A DNA stretch of 64,000 nucleotides from Chthoniobacteraceae bacterium (GCA_037190965.1 JBBCKI010000049.1:15908-79907); one strand, 5' to 3'; positions 39,739 to 49,374 are shown, counted from the stretch's first letter. Notes: a model not told the origin generated them from the sequence alone. Program-made: numbers and translations.

Positions 39739-42700
39739 TCAAAGAGGATTCAGATCATCGGCGGCCTTCACGGAGGCCTCATTTCCCGCGGCGGGTGTTG
39801 TCGCGGACGTCTCCGGAGAAACGCTCTGCCGGTTACCCGCCCAATCTTCCGCGAAGACCCGGTAGTAATAGGTTGTTTCAGCCTTCAGTCCGGTATCGCC
39901 ATAGGTTTGAAGGAAGAACTTCGTCGGTTCCACGGTAGCGAGAAAATTCTCCTCGGAAGCTTCGACTCCCGGATTGAGGCTCCGATAAACATCATAACGG
40001 GCGACATCGGGGTCCTGGCTCTTGAGCCAGTAGAGCTTCAATTCTGCGGATGGATAGCGAACCACTCCCAGGTCCTCGACAGGGCGCGGAGGAGTCGTAT
40101 TCTTCCGGTCGGTACGAGCCTCCTTTCGCTGTGAAACCGGCCCTTGCTGGTTGAACGCGGAGAGAGGCGCGACATGATAGTAATACCGAGTATCGATCTT
40201 CAGGTCATTGTCGATGAACTCCGGTGTCACCGTCCGGTTGATGGCGCTATAGGCCGTCGGCGGCGCGTCGGGATCCTCCGACCGGTAAACCTGGTAGGCG
40301 GCTGCCCCCGGCACTGCTTTCCAGTTCAACTCAACGACGCTATCGGAAACCGGCTTCGCCTGGAGCGACTCGATCGCGGAGAGCGCCTTGGCGGGCCCGG
40401 CAAAGCGGACAGTCGTGAACGAGAACGGCTCGACGGGCACCTTCACCTTTCCGTTAACAACCGGCAGCGGTTGGCCGTCGTTTTCGACGAGATCGCAGAG
40501 GAAGGCTTTTTCCGCGGAGAAGGTCGAGAGATCGACAGTGATCTCGCCTTTTTTCCCTTCCGTCTCCACGAGGCGCGCCACCCATCCCCTGCCCGGCTGC
40601 GACGACGGTTTAAGAGTCGCCAGCTGGACGTTGGACGCGTCGGCGGAAAGAAAGCTCTTCGCGGTTTCAGGCAAATTCCCCTTCTGGCCTGGCGGCAACA
40701 AGCGGGCTTCGGCAGGGCTGGCAACCGACCAGCCGAACTGAGTCACCGCCCCTTGGTTCCAATCTCCCGGGTGGGAGGTGAACGAATACCCGAGCGTGGT
40801 GTTCCATTCATTGGGCCCCAACTCGATCAGGCCCGACATCCGGTTGGACCATGCATAGCTGTAGAGATACGGCTTCTGTGGCTTGTAATCGATGGAGAAC
40901 TGGTTGTAGCGGATCTCGCCGAAGTTGACCGTCGTCGCATTCCACGGAGCCATGGTGATTCCGTACTGGGGGTTGCTGACATCGACCCACCAGTTGACGT
41001 TGAGATAGTCATGTGAACCCCAGCGAAGCTGGTCGTCATAGGGACGCACTACACCCCCGGGATATTCCACCCTCGGGGTGAAACCCTCTACCGCAACCGG
41101 GAAGGCATAATAGAGGTTCTTCCGGTAGCGTTCACGGCGGTCACCATGCAAAGCCTTCACATGGCGAAGATCATTGACGATATCGATTCTCTTCAAACCG
41201 GCATAAAGAATGGCCCTTTGGGAAACGGCGGCTCCCGTGAGAGGATCTTCAATTTCCACCGTCATCTCCCCCTTGACCGCACCAGCGGAGGAATTCAGCT
41301 TCGCCTTCGCCGTGAGAGGCGTTTGGCTCATTTCCTTGCTGTCGCGGGTTTTCGATTCAACCCAGATCATCTGGTTGAACTGATGTTTCGCCGCGGAATC
41401 AACCAGCTCGCGTTTCAGTTCCTTGTCGAAAACGCTAACGATGGTTCCCGTTTCACGGTCGAAGCGAAGGGTATAAAATTCGTTCGACAAAGTGTCGGAC
41501 GTCGTGCTGACGGAAGCTTTTTCCGGAGCCACCGAAGTGCTCGAAGCCCCTTGTGGGACATAGACTTTGTACCCGTAGGCAGGGAGATCCCGGGCGACGA
41601 AGATCACCTTGTTGGGCCCGACCTTCTGGGTGGCAACGGTTTCCCCCGTCGCCTTGTCGGCGAGCGCCCGGAAGTCGCCTTCCACTTCAACCAGCCCCGT
41701 GCGCGAATGCAGTAGCGGATTGAAGACGGCAACCGCGCCGGTTGGCCCGGTGGGGATTTGTTTGAACAGCGCGGAGAGGCTGGAATCGGCTAGTTGCTCC
41801 GCCGCGTCGAGCGCGCGGCGTCCTTCCAGGTGCTTGACCCACTGCGCGTTGAAGAGGTGGTGCCCGATGGGAGGCGGCGAAGTCGGCCAGCTATGTTCGG
41901 TGAAGTCGAAGAGCCGCGTGTAGGTCCGTTCAATCCCGTCGGCCGGTGGGTTGAAAGAAGGATCGAGCAGATTCGCCAGCGACGCCGCGCCTTCGGCAAG
42001 CGGAAGGAGACGGGAGGCCCGCCGTTTCCATCCCTGGGAGTTCGGGTCGATCGCCGCATAGTCTCCCGAGAAGTTGTTCAACTCTCCGCTGAGGAGCGGA
42101 AGTGTGTCGCTATATTTTCTTTCGACGTACTCGAAGAAATCATTAACCCCGGCGATTCGGATCTCCGGATACCGATAGAGGTTCTGCCAGCGGCGCAGCG
42201 CCCGGTTGTCCCATTTCGGCGTCTCATGATCTTCATAGGAAGGGACGATCATCGCGTCGTATGGGTACGGCCCAAGAAGCTCGCCCGACTCCACCTTCTT
42301 CATCTCGGCGTTGATATGACGTTTGGCGAGGTGCGAGAGATCCGCGCCCCCGCCATCCGGCTCACCATACCAGAACCCTTCTCCATAATGCGACCGCCAG
42401 GCATACAGAACGCGGCTCTTCCCATTGGGCCCCTGCCACCAAAAGAGGGCGGGAACTTTGGTCGTCTTGAAATTGTTGTTGCCGCCCGTCCGCCACGGCT
42501 GGCCCAGCCTCAGAATATAGCGGAATCCGGCATCGGCCGCCGCCTGGGCGGCGGACCATGAAACGCTCGGGTTGTCGACGAGAATGAACGTCTTGAGATC
42601 GAGACCGAAACGATCCTTCGCTTCCCGACGCCCCGGATAGGTCATCCGCGCCATTTCTTCGTAATCCATCCATTGCGGGTGAATTCCGCTCGGCGCGCCG

Positions 42701-43338
42701 CCCAGGTCCATTTTCCCCGGTTTGATTTGCTCTTCCACCAGACGACGCCATTCGGCCTCGGAGCGTTCGTCGATATAGTTCCGTTGGAAAAGGATCGTCT
42801 CCAGAGTGAAATGAAATCCTCGCTGCGACGGCTTTCCGGATGCGTCGGGCGCAATCTCTCGCGGCCCGGTCAACTCCTTCGCCATGTCGATAAAGTTGGC
42901 GATCGCCTGCTGCTTTTTATAGATATAGCTTTCGTAACCGAGATCCTCGTGGCTGGACTTGATGATGTAGACGATCCACTTCCGCTGCGGTTCCCAACGC
43001 TGTTTGTGCTCCGCGAGGAGGTGGCCCTTATCAGCCTTGATCTCCACGACCAGATCCGCTGGTTTATCGATCTCGGCAATCAGCAGATCCTGCACGGAAG
43101 AGCCGGGAGGGACCTCCAGCTTGAGGGGTGATCCTTGTGCTTTCCCGTTGAGCTTGACGACCGCAGAGCAGGAAACCGTGCCGGTTCCGGAATTCACCAG
43201 CGAGAGCCAGCCGACCTGCTTTGACGGCGTTTTACTGGGGAAAAGAACCGTCGGCTCCAGCCCGGTGATCGAAATCTCCGAAGCCCCCGCCAGTGCAAGG
43301 GGTGAAATAAGGAAAGCAATTAAAAGGTTTCTTATCAT
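39739..43338 (-). CDS. Secreted GH38-like glycoside hydrolase with two C-terminal FN3 domains
   Basis: SSHEDLGY (HxD Zn motif), LVDNP (nucleophile region), LFWWQGPNG.SRVL, EHSW, VFNPL, LPAYGYK, RLVETEG; FN3 YQVYRS / YYYRV. Confidence 0.8.
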   Translation of the reverse strand: MIRNLLIAFLISPLALAGASEISITGLEPTVLFPSKTPSKQVGWLSLVNSGTGTVSCSAVVKLNGKAQGSPLKLEVPPGSSVQDLLIAEIDKPADLVVEIKADKGHLLAEHKQRWEPQRKWIVYIIKSSHEDLGYESYIYKKQQAIANFIDMAKELTGPREIAPDASGKPSQRGFHFTLETILFQRNYIDERSEAEWRRLVEEQIKPGKMDLGGAPSGIHPQWMDYEEMARMTYPGRREAKDRFGLDLKTFILVDNPSVSWSAAQAAADAGFRYILRLGQPWRTGGNNNFKTTKVPALFWWQGPNGKSRVLYAWRSHYGEGFWYGEPDGGGADLSHLAKRHINAEMKKVESGELLGPYPYDAMIVPSYEDHETPKWDNRALRRWQNLYRYPEIRIAGVNDFFEYVERKYSDTLPLLSGELNNFSGDYAAIDPNSQGWKRRASRLLPLAEGAASLANLLDPSFNPPADGIERTYTRLFDFTEHSWPTSPPPIGHHLFNAQWVKHLEGRRALDAAEQLADSSLSALFKQIPTGPTGAVAVFNPLLHSRTGLVEVEGDFRALADKATGETVATQKVGPNKVIFVARDLPAYGYKVYVPQGASSTSVAPEKASVSTTSDTLSNEFYTLRFDRETGTIVSVFDKELKRELVDSAAKHQFNQMIWVESKTRDSKEMSQTPLTAKAKLNSSAGAVKGEMTVEIEDPLTGAAVSQRAILYAGLKRIDIVNDLRHVKALHGDRRERYRKNLYYAFPVAVEGFTPRVEYPGGVVRPYDDQLRWGSHDYLNVNWWVDVSNPQYGITMAPWNATTVNFGEIRYNQFSIDYKPQKPYLYSYAWSNRMSGLIELGPNEWNTTLGYSFTSHPGDWNQGAVTQFGWSVASPAEARLLPPGQKGNLPETAKSFLSADASNVQLATLKPSSQPGRGWVARLVETEGKKGEITVDLSTFSAEKAFLCDLVENDGQPLPVVNGKVKVPVEPFSFTTVRFAGPAKALSAIESLQAKPVSDSVVELNWKAVPGAAAYQVYRSEDPDAPPTAYSAINRTVTPEFIDNDLKIDTRYYYHVAPLSAFNQQGPVSQRKEARTDRKNTTPPRPVEDLGVVRYPSAELKLYWLKSQDPDVARYDVYRSLNPGVEASEENFLATVEPTKFFLQTYGDTGLKAETTYYYRVFAEDWAGNRQSVSPETSATTPAAGNEASVKAADDLNPL

Positions 43339-43431
43339 GGTCTAAGCGATTTCATTGATTCGGCAGCCTCTTTCTCGATCTCGGCTCCGACGAATGGTTA
43401 ACTTCTGATGAGGGGATGAGAAAAAGCGCAT

Positions 43432-45252
43432 TCAGTGGCCCAATTCGGCGATTACCTTTTTGGTTTCCTCAGGGTTATGCTTCATCCGGATACGCCACGC
43501 CATCTCCTCTGGGGAAACGATGCGAATCGTATCGGGCAGCCGTTCGGCGCACCAAACTGCCGGAAGGTAGCCCCGCACGCCGCCCAGGTCTTCGAACTTT
43601 TCTTTACCGGAAAGACTCCTCTTCGGCGGCAGTTCTTCGGCGAGTTCGTCCATCCCAGGCGCTTCCTTGAAGTAAGACCAGGCGTGAACCATGGCCCAGT
43701 CATTCCGGGGAAGCTCCTCTGACGTGGCCTGGGCGATCGAATCCCGGATGAACCGCGCCGCTTTGGCCGGAGTTCCCGCGTTCTTGCGATTCTTCAACTG
43801 CCACCAGATCTGGTAGCGCAAGGTGATAACCGGGATCTCCCGCCCCCGGGCATCCTTGACCCAGTAAACCTTTCCGGCTCCCGCATTGTAAGGAGAGTAT
43901 TCGAAGGCGAGAATCGCTAGCATCCCGTCCATCTGGCTGGCAATGACTTCGTAAGCCTTTTGGGCATCGGGCGAATCGAGATGCCGCACATTGAAGCCGA
44001 TCATGTTCGTCCCCGCCTTCTTCATCATTTCCCAGGTATCGCGGGCGTGGCCGGCAAGCAGTTCCCAGCGGTTGGGCCGCTCCGAGGCGAAGAGATCAGG
44101 ATAGTAATACCCCCCGTGCCATTCCACGAACCAGTCGTTCGGAGTGCGCGTTTGAAGCGCATACTCAAGCGGCTGCGGCCCGAGTTGGACGAGATGCGCC
44201 AAAGGCATGCCCCAGCCGAAGGAAATCTTGCCGCACGCCGGGCAATTCCAATAGTAGGGCGTGCCGCGATAAAACGCGTTCATCGCCCAGGTAACGTTGT
44301 CTCCGTCGGAACAGAAGAAGCTAATCGTGCTGCGGTTATCGTTCCAATCGATCTGCTTCGGGTCGAGATGCGGAACCTTCGGGATCTCCGCCTCGTGAGT
44401 TCCTGCGGAAAGGACCGTCAGGTTTGGAATCAGGCTGGAAGCGGTCTGGAAATGCCCGTAGATGGTGGCAAGGCGGGTCGCCTTGAATTCGTCGCCTGCG
44501 ATCCATCCCAGAATCGGCGCCGAAGGCTCCGCCCAAGCCATCGCTGAAGTCGCGGGTTCCTCGGTGCCGTAAAAGGTAAAGGTGTTGTGCGTGATGGCGT
44601 AGTCGCGGGAACCGACGATTTTCGGGTCAAGCGAAGTCAGCATCCGCCGATTGAACCGGTCCTTGTATTGATCGAAGCACCATTGCTGGCTCTTGTCGCG
44701 GGCGTCGAAAAGCAGCTTCAGCCCCCGTTTCTTTGCTTCTTTTTCGAGCCTTTCTTCGAGAACGATGCCACCGAAAATCCCCGCGAGACTCGTGGCGATA
44801 TTGACCGAATTGTCGATCCCTGGCCGCTCCTTCGTTTTGGGCTCCTCCTTCGAGGCGTCCGCTTTGTAAAGGATATAGCCATTGACGATCTTCTTGTCGG
44901 CAAACCTTTCGACAAGCTCCCACGGCCCGAATGTCCCGCGATCCTTGATCTCCGGGTGATTCGCGGAAAACGTCTTGCCCCACGCTTCCACGTCGGCATT
45001 ATCCATAGTCACCCAGACCAGCTCATCGCCTTTGCCCTCGTTGACGGACTTTCCCGCAAGACCGGCGACGGACTGAACCATGATGCGGAGCGAATTCGAA
45101 GAAGACGGCCATTGGCGCATCTCAGCGGTGCGAACCAGTCCCGTCGGCAGACGCTGTATGGGAAACCAGCGATGGCTTCCCTCTCCCGCCAAGACGGCGA
45201 GTGGAAGAAGGAAAGACAAAGCAAGCGCAAGGCTCCGGGGGGAAAGCGTCAT
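43432..45252 (-). CDS. GxGYxYP domain putative glycoside hydrolase
   Basis: SDGDN motif and HGGYYYP motif; signal peptide. Start ATG 45252 (TTG 45285 possible). Confidence 0.8.
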   Translation of the reverse strand: MTLSPRSLALALSFLLPLAVLAGEGSHRWFPIQRLPTGLVRTAEMRQWPSSSNSLRIMVQSVAGLAGKSVNEGKGDELVWVTMDNADVEAWGKTFSANHPEIKDRGTFGPWELVERFADKKIVNGYILYKADASKEEPKTKERPGIDNSVNIATSLAGIFGGIVLEERLEKEAKKRGLKLLFDARDKSQQWCFDQYKDRFNRRMLTSLDPKIVGSRDYAITHNTFTFYGTEEPATSAMAWAEPSAPILGWIAGDEFKATRLATIYGHFQTASSLIPNLTVLSAGTHEAEIPKVPHLDPKQIDWNDNRSTISFFCSDGDNVTWAMNAFYRGTPYYWNCPACGKISFGWGMPLAHLVQLGPQPLEYALQTRTPNDWFVEWHGGYYYPDLFASERPNRWELLAGHARDTWEMMKKAGTNMIGFNVRHLDSPDAQKAYEVIASQMDGMLAILAFEYSPYNAGAGKVYWVKDARGREIPVITLRYQIWWQLKNRKNAGTPAKAARFIRDSIAQATSEELPRNDWAMVHAWSYFKEAPGMDELAEELPPKRSLSGKEKFEDLGGVRGYLPAVWCAERLPDTIRIVSPEEMAWRIRMKHNPEETKKVIAELGH

Positions 45253-45329
45253 ACGTAGGAATAGATTAGTTGCAGTCGAACGCAACTGTTAGTATGTAAA
45301 TAGCTTGATTTTGGTCTATTCGTGCACCC

Positions 45330-46346
45330 ATGTCCAAGAAGCCATCCCCCCAATCGAAAGCCCCGGCTTTGCAGGAACGCTCCCCTTCGCTTTTGGCCCA
45401 GCTCATCGCCGAGATAGAAAGTATCGGTCCGCTCCGCCTGAATTTTGAAGATCTTACCGGCGTCACCCTCGACGTTCCGGAACTAAATCTACCTCCCGAA
45501 AACCGGTTCCACGTCTGTGATTTCTGCATGCTGGCCAAGCGCCACCGTCAGGGGCACTTCCAGTGCAACCGGAACAAGGACACCGTCAACCGCCTCGCCC
45601 GACGCCGGGGGACAGGTTTCATCGGCCAATGCCACCTCGGCATGACCGACATCGTCGAGCCGTTGCTTTTTCATGGCCGCACACTCGGGGTCTTTTATTA
45701 CGGTTCCGTGCTGGTCGAAGGAACCCGCGAAAAGGCCGAGGAGCGAATCCGGCGCTCCTGCAAGCGGACCGGAATGGCTCCCGGGCTCCTCCTGAGACAG
45801 CTCAACAAAGCGCCGGTTATCACGGCGGACGAGCTCGCCCGCTACAGCAAACGTCTTTTGCTGATCCGCGATCTTGCCATCAAAATCATCGAGGCATGCA
45901 GCGTGCCGGTGGAACGGTATTCCACGCTGCTCAACTTCGGCTTCACCTCAAACCGCCGCCTGCTCCCGCCGCTGACGCAGACGGCGATGGGGTATGTGCA
46001 CCGCCGTTATCAGGACCCGCTCGAAGTCCTCACCATCGCCAAGGCGCTCAAGTGCCAGCCCAGCCATTTGAGCCGTGTGTTCAAGAAAAGCGCGGGGTAT
46101 TCCCTGTCGGATTATATCAAACGGGTCCGCATCGACCACGCCATGCGCCTGCTCAGTTCCAGCGAATACAGCGTCGGAGAAATCAGCTATATGGTCGGCT
46201 TTCAGGACCAAAGCCATTTCGGCAAAGTCTTCCGTTCGTTCTTGAAAATGACGCCGCTGGATTACCGGCAGCAATACCGCCAGGGGGACATCTCCGGCAA
46301 GGCGGATTCGGAAAGCATCGCCTTCAGCAACTTCCAGTCGCTTTGA
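45330..46346 (+). CDS. AraC-family regulator with PocR ligand-binding domain
   Basis: PocR Cys pattern CDFC...C...CHLGMTD..EP; C-terminal HLSRVFKK..G, VGFQDQSHF.KVF. Confidence 0.9.
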   Translation: MSKKPSPQSKAPALQERSPSLLAQLIAEIESIGPLRLNFEDLTGVTLDVPELNLPPENRFHVCDFCMLAKRHRQGHFQCNRNKDTVNRLARRRGTGFIGQCHLGMTDIVEPLLFHGRTLGVFYYGSVLVEGTREKAEERIRRSCKRTGMAPGLLLRQLNKAPVITADELARYSKRLLLIRDLAIKIIEACSVPVERYSTLLNFGFTSNRRLLPPLTQTAMGYVHRRYQDPLEVLTIAKALKCQPSHLSRVFKKSAGYSLSDYIKRVRIDHAMRLLSSSEYSVGEISYMVGFQDQSHFGKVFRSFLKMTPLDYRQQYRQGDISGKADSESIAFSNFQSL

Positions 46347-47283
46347 GCGATGTAAAAAGGCACGGCGCGATTGCTGAAAGATCCTGCAGCCGCTCTCCCA
46401 GGCCAGAGGGGACGATCCGCCCATGTGCGCTGTTTAACGGGAGCGCCTCCTTCAGCGTCTCCTCACGAATCGCCTCCAGCCACCAGGGCGGAAGATAACG
46501 CGCGAGCGACCCGATGATGATCACCTCGGGGCTGAAAAGGTCCGCCAGCATCGCGCAGACCCGTCCCGTCCATTGCGCGGATTTCATCAGGACATCCCGC
46601 GCGGCGGCGCACCCTTCTTCGGCCCGCGCCACCACCTCCCGGCTCGTCGTCGTGGCATCAAAAATTGCCGGAAACATCTCCTGCGCCAGCAGCGCCAGGC
46701 CGGTGCCCGAGCAGAACGACTCGACGCAGCCCGATTTTCCGTAAAGACGCGGGCCGCTCTCCGCCAGGCGAATATGGCCGATCTCCGTCGTCTGACCAGA
46801 TGGGCCGCGCACGATCCTGCCATCCAGAAGAATACCCGCGCCGAACCCGGTGCCCGCAGTGAGATAAACCGCATGCGACGCCTCACGAGCGTTGCCCCAC
46901 AGGGCTTCAGCCAGCAGGCAGGCCGCTGCATCGTGCTCCACATTCACCGGCAGCCCGAGCTCCTTCTCCATTATCTCCTTCAATGGAATCCGGTCCCATC
47001 CGGGAAGGTGAGGCGGCGAATAAAGAATCCCCTTACGGGGATCGAGCGGCCCGCCGACGCTGACACCAAGCGCCGACACACCGGAAAATCGCTCCAGCAA
47101 CCGCCGGGCATGAACCAGAAAATCTTCAATCATGGCGGAGGGTCCGCGGCTCGCAAGCGAAGGCCATGTCTGCTTTTCCAAAATCTCTCCGGAAGAGGAG
47201 CCGACGACCGCCGAGGATTTAGTTCCCCCTATGTCCCAACCGAGAACGCACGAGTCCGATGGTTTCATCAAATTTTCAATCAC
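46324..47283 (-). CDS. ROK family sugar kinase
   Basis: GWDIGGTK, EHDA.A..LAE, GTGFGAG, EIGH, GCVESFCSG. Confidence 0.92.
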   Translation of the reverse strand: MIENLMKPSDSCVLGWDIGGTKSSAVVGSSSGEILEKQTWPSLASRGPSAMIEDFLVHARRLLERFSGVSALGVSVGGPLDPRKGILYSPPHLPGWDRIPLKEIMEKELGLPVNVEHDAAACLLAEALWGNAREASHAVYLTAGTGFGAGILLDGRIVRGPSGQTTEIGHIRLAESGPRLYGKSGCVESFCSGTGLALLAQEMFPAIFDATTTSREVVARAEEGCAAARDVLMKSAQWTGRVCAMLADLFSPEVIIIGSLARYLPPWWLEAIREETLKEALPLNSAHGRIVPSGLGERLQDLSAIAPCLFTSLKATGSC

Positions 47284-47465
47284 TAGTCAGGGCGGCGTCC
47301 GCTTTTGTCAACGCCATACTGGCAAACCCGATTTTCATGGTGACTTCAGCGAAAATCCGGCCTAATGAAACACGGATCAACTCGGAACAGACGTGCGCCT
47401 CAAGTCACCCTGATGATTCCATGAAGAGGGATTGCCCCCCCTTGACAATGAAAGCTTCCAAAAAC

Positions 47466-48083
47466 ATGAATATTCACCTTGAAAACCTGATCCGCCGGGC
47501 GCCGGCCTTGGCCTGTTGCACCGCCGAAATCGAGCAAGTCTTTCTCTCTCTTAGCCAGGCATTCCGGCAGCAGAACAAGCTTCTCCTTTGCGGCAATGGC
47601 GGAAGCGCGGCCGACGCGGAACACTGGGCTGGTGAACTATTGAAAGGTTTTTGCAGCAAACGTCCGCTCGTCGATTCCGAGAAGCAACTCCTCCCTCCTG
47701 AACTGGCTGGAAAACTGCAAGGTGCATTGCCAGTGATTCCATTGACCGGATTTCCCGCCCTGAGCACCGCCTTCGCCAACGACGTCGCGCCGGAGTTGAT
47801 CTTCGCCCAGCTTGCCTGGGGCCTGGGAAAACCGGGCGACATTTTTATTGGAATCAGCACTTCCGGCAATGCGGCGAATGTCTGCGCAGCGGCCCAGGCC
47901 GCACGCGCCAGGCAGATGACGACCATCGCGCTCACGGGCCAGAGCGGCGGAAAACTGGCGCCGCTTTGCGACCTCGCCATTCGCGTTCCGGCGAATGAAA
48001 CTTACTTGATCCAGGAATATCACCTCCCCATCTATCATTGTCTTTGCCTTATGCTGGAGGACGAGCTCTTTCCTCCGGCGTAA
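47466..48083 (+). CDS. gmhA: SIS-domain phosphoheptose isomerase (GmhA/DiaA family)
   Basis: CGNGGSAADAEH.AGEL, ND, GISTSGN..NV, IQEYHL.IYH. ATG 47466 chosen. Confidence 0.82.
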   Translation: MNIHLENLIRRAPALACCTAEIEQVFLSLSQAFRQQNKLLLCGNGGSAADAEHWAGELLKGFCSKRPLVDSEKQLLPPELAGKLQGALPVIPLTGFPALSTAFANDVAPELIFAQLAWGLGKPGDIFIGISTSGNAANVCAAAQAARARQMTTIALTGQSGGKLAPLCDLAIRVPANETYLIQEYHLPIYHCLCLMLEDELFPPA

Positions 48084-48405
48084 GCATCCAACCAACCGCG
48101 AATATCTTTTTAGCTGCGTCACGGCCCGCGTAACGAAAGGCCATCTGATTACTTTTGATCGGGTCAACTTCGGCACCTTCGATTGTTAAGCACACATTTC
48201 GCAACGGATAGGTGCCCTCGGTCATCAATACACCGAGCATTCCTAAAACAGCCCAATCAAGATAACTACATTCTTGAGCTTCTTGCAGGTTCGGGAGATC
48301 AAACTTTACGTCAAAAGCCTCCGCAGGCTCACATAGAACATCAATTTTCGCGTAGTCAGAACGCGACCCAAGGACTTTCTCCCGCACACCTTCAATACGA
48401 ACAAC
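48049..48405 (-). pseudogene. Stand-alone elongation factor G domain IV-like fragment
   Basis: VRIEG.REK.LG.RSDYAKIDVLCEP ... YP.RNV.LTI.....DP..S..MAFRYA...A.K pattern matches EF-G domain IV. The frame runs right up to the LysR stop; DNA is AT-richer than its flanks. Confidence 0.5.
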
Positions 48406-49350
48406 CTACTTCCCTGATTGAACCCTGCCGGCGGCCTCTCCGTTTTCGGCTACTCCTGCTGCCTTGGCGACTTCAACGAAATGGTGAAGCGCCGGGTTTT
48501 CGTTTTTCGGGAGCCAGGCCGCGCAGTACCGGTACTTTGGCACAGGCGGCTCCAGCGGGATAAAAACCACCCCTTCCGTCGCCGCCCGGCGGTACTGTCC
48601 CGGGAGAATCGAAACGCCCAGCCCTGCCGCAACGTAATTGAGCACGGTAACCGGCTTCCCCGCCTCCTGAACGGAGTGCGGGTGAAACCCCGCCTGGTGG
48701 CACAATACCAGAAGCCACGGGTTGTAGAGCGGGGCGCTCGAACGCTTCGCCAGAAGCAGCGGCTCTTCGGCCAGCGCCTTGAGCGGCAGGCTTTTTGCCT
48801 TGCCGCGGCTCCGGCGGGAGAGCGGGTGTCCCTGCGGCAACACGGCGGCGAGCTGTTCCTCCGCGACGGTGGCCAGGCGGAGATCGGATGCCTCATACGT
48901 CAACCCGAGGCCGATGAATCCAAGATCGATCCGCCGCGCGTTGAGCGCCTCGATCTGTTGCGTCGTATCCATTTCGACGAGCCGCAGGTGGACTTCGGGA
49001 AAACGTTTGCGGTAGCGCCGCAATACCCTCGGCAGGAGCCCGTGCCCCAGGGAGGCGACGAAGCCGACCGAAAGCTCCCCCGCCTCACCCCGGGCCAGCC
49101 GCCGGGCATTGCGCACGCTCTCCTCGGCGTCGCGCAGGATCCGGCGGGCGTCCTCGTAAAAACGGACGCCCGCTGGGTTGAGCGAGACGCGATGGGTATC
49201 CCGGTCCAAAAGGCGAACGCCGATCTCCTCCTCGAGAGCGCGAATCTGGGCGCTCAGCGAGGGCTGGGTCAAATGTAGGCGTTCGGCCGCGCGGCGGAAG
49301 TTCAGCTCTTCGGCAACGGCGGCAAAGTATCGAAGGTGGCGCAGTTCCAT
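48406..49350 (-). CDS. LysR family transcriptional regulator (HcaR/AlsR-like)
   Basis: MELRHLRYFAAVAEELNFRRAAERLHLTQPSLSAQIRALEEEIG. Confidence 0.95.
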   Translation of the reverse strand: MELRHLRYFAAVAEELNFRRAAERLHLTQPSLSAQIRALEEEIGVRLLDRDTHRVSLNPAGVRFYEDARRILRDAEESVRNARRLARGEAGELSVGFVASLGHGLLPRVLRRYRKRFPEVHLRLVEMDTTQQIEALNARRIDLGFIGLGLTYEASDLRLATVAEEQLAAVLPQGHPLSRRSRGKAKSLPLKALAEEPLLLAKRSSAPLYNPWLLVLCHQAGFHPHSVQEAGKPVTVLNYVAAGLGVSILPGQYRRAATEGVVFIPLEPPVPKYRYCAAWLPKNENPALHHFVEVAKAAGVAENGEAAGRVQSGK

Positions 49351-49359
49351 CGGGTGGCA

Positions 49360-49374
49360 ATAGATATGACCTAT
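49360..49374. promoter_or_regulatory. LysR recognition site (T-N11-A, ATAG-N7-CTAT)
   Basis: ATAGATATGACCTAT dyad 10 nt upstream of the LysR start, in the divergent promoter. Confidence 0.7.

Noticed and set aside
47321..47386. Resemblance to a c-di-GMP-I riboswitch (GGCAAACC ... TCCGGCCTAA at similar spacing) upstream of gmhA
   Set aside because: The GNRA-capped P2 hairpin and GACGCAAA core are missing, and an alternative GATTTTC/GAAAATC dyad explains the local symmetry. An Infernal search with RF01051 would be needed to revive it.
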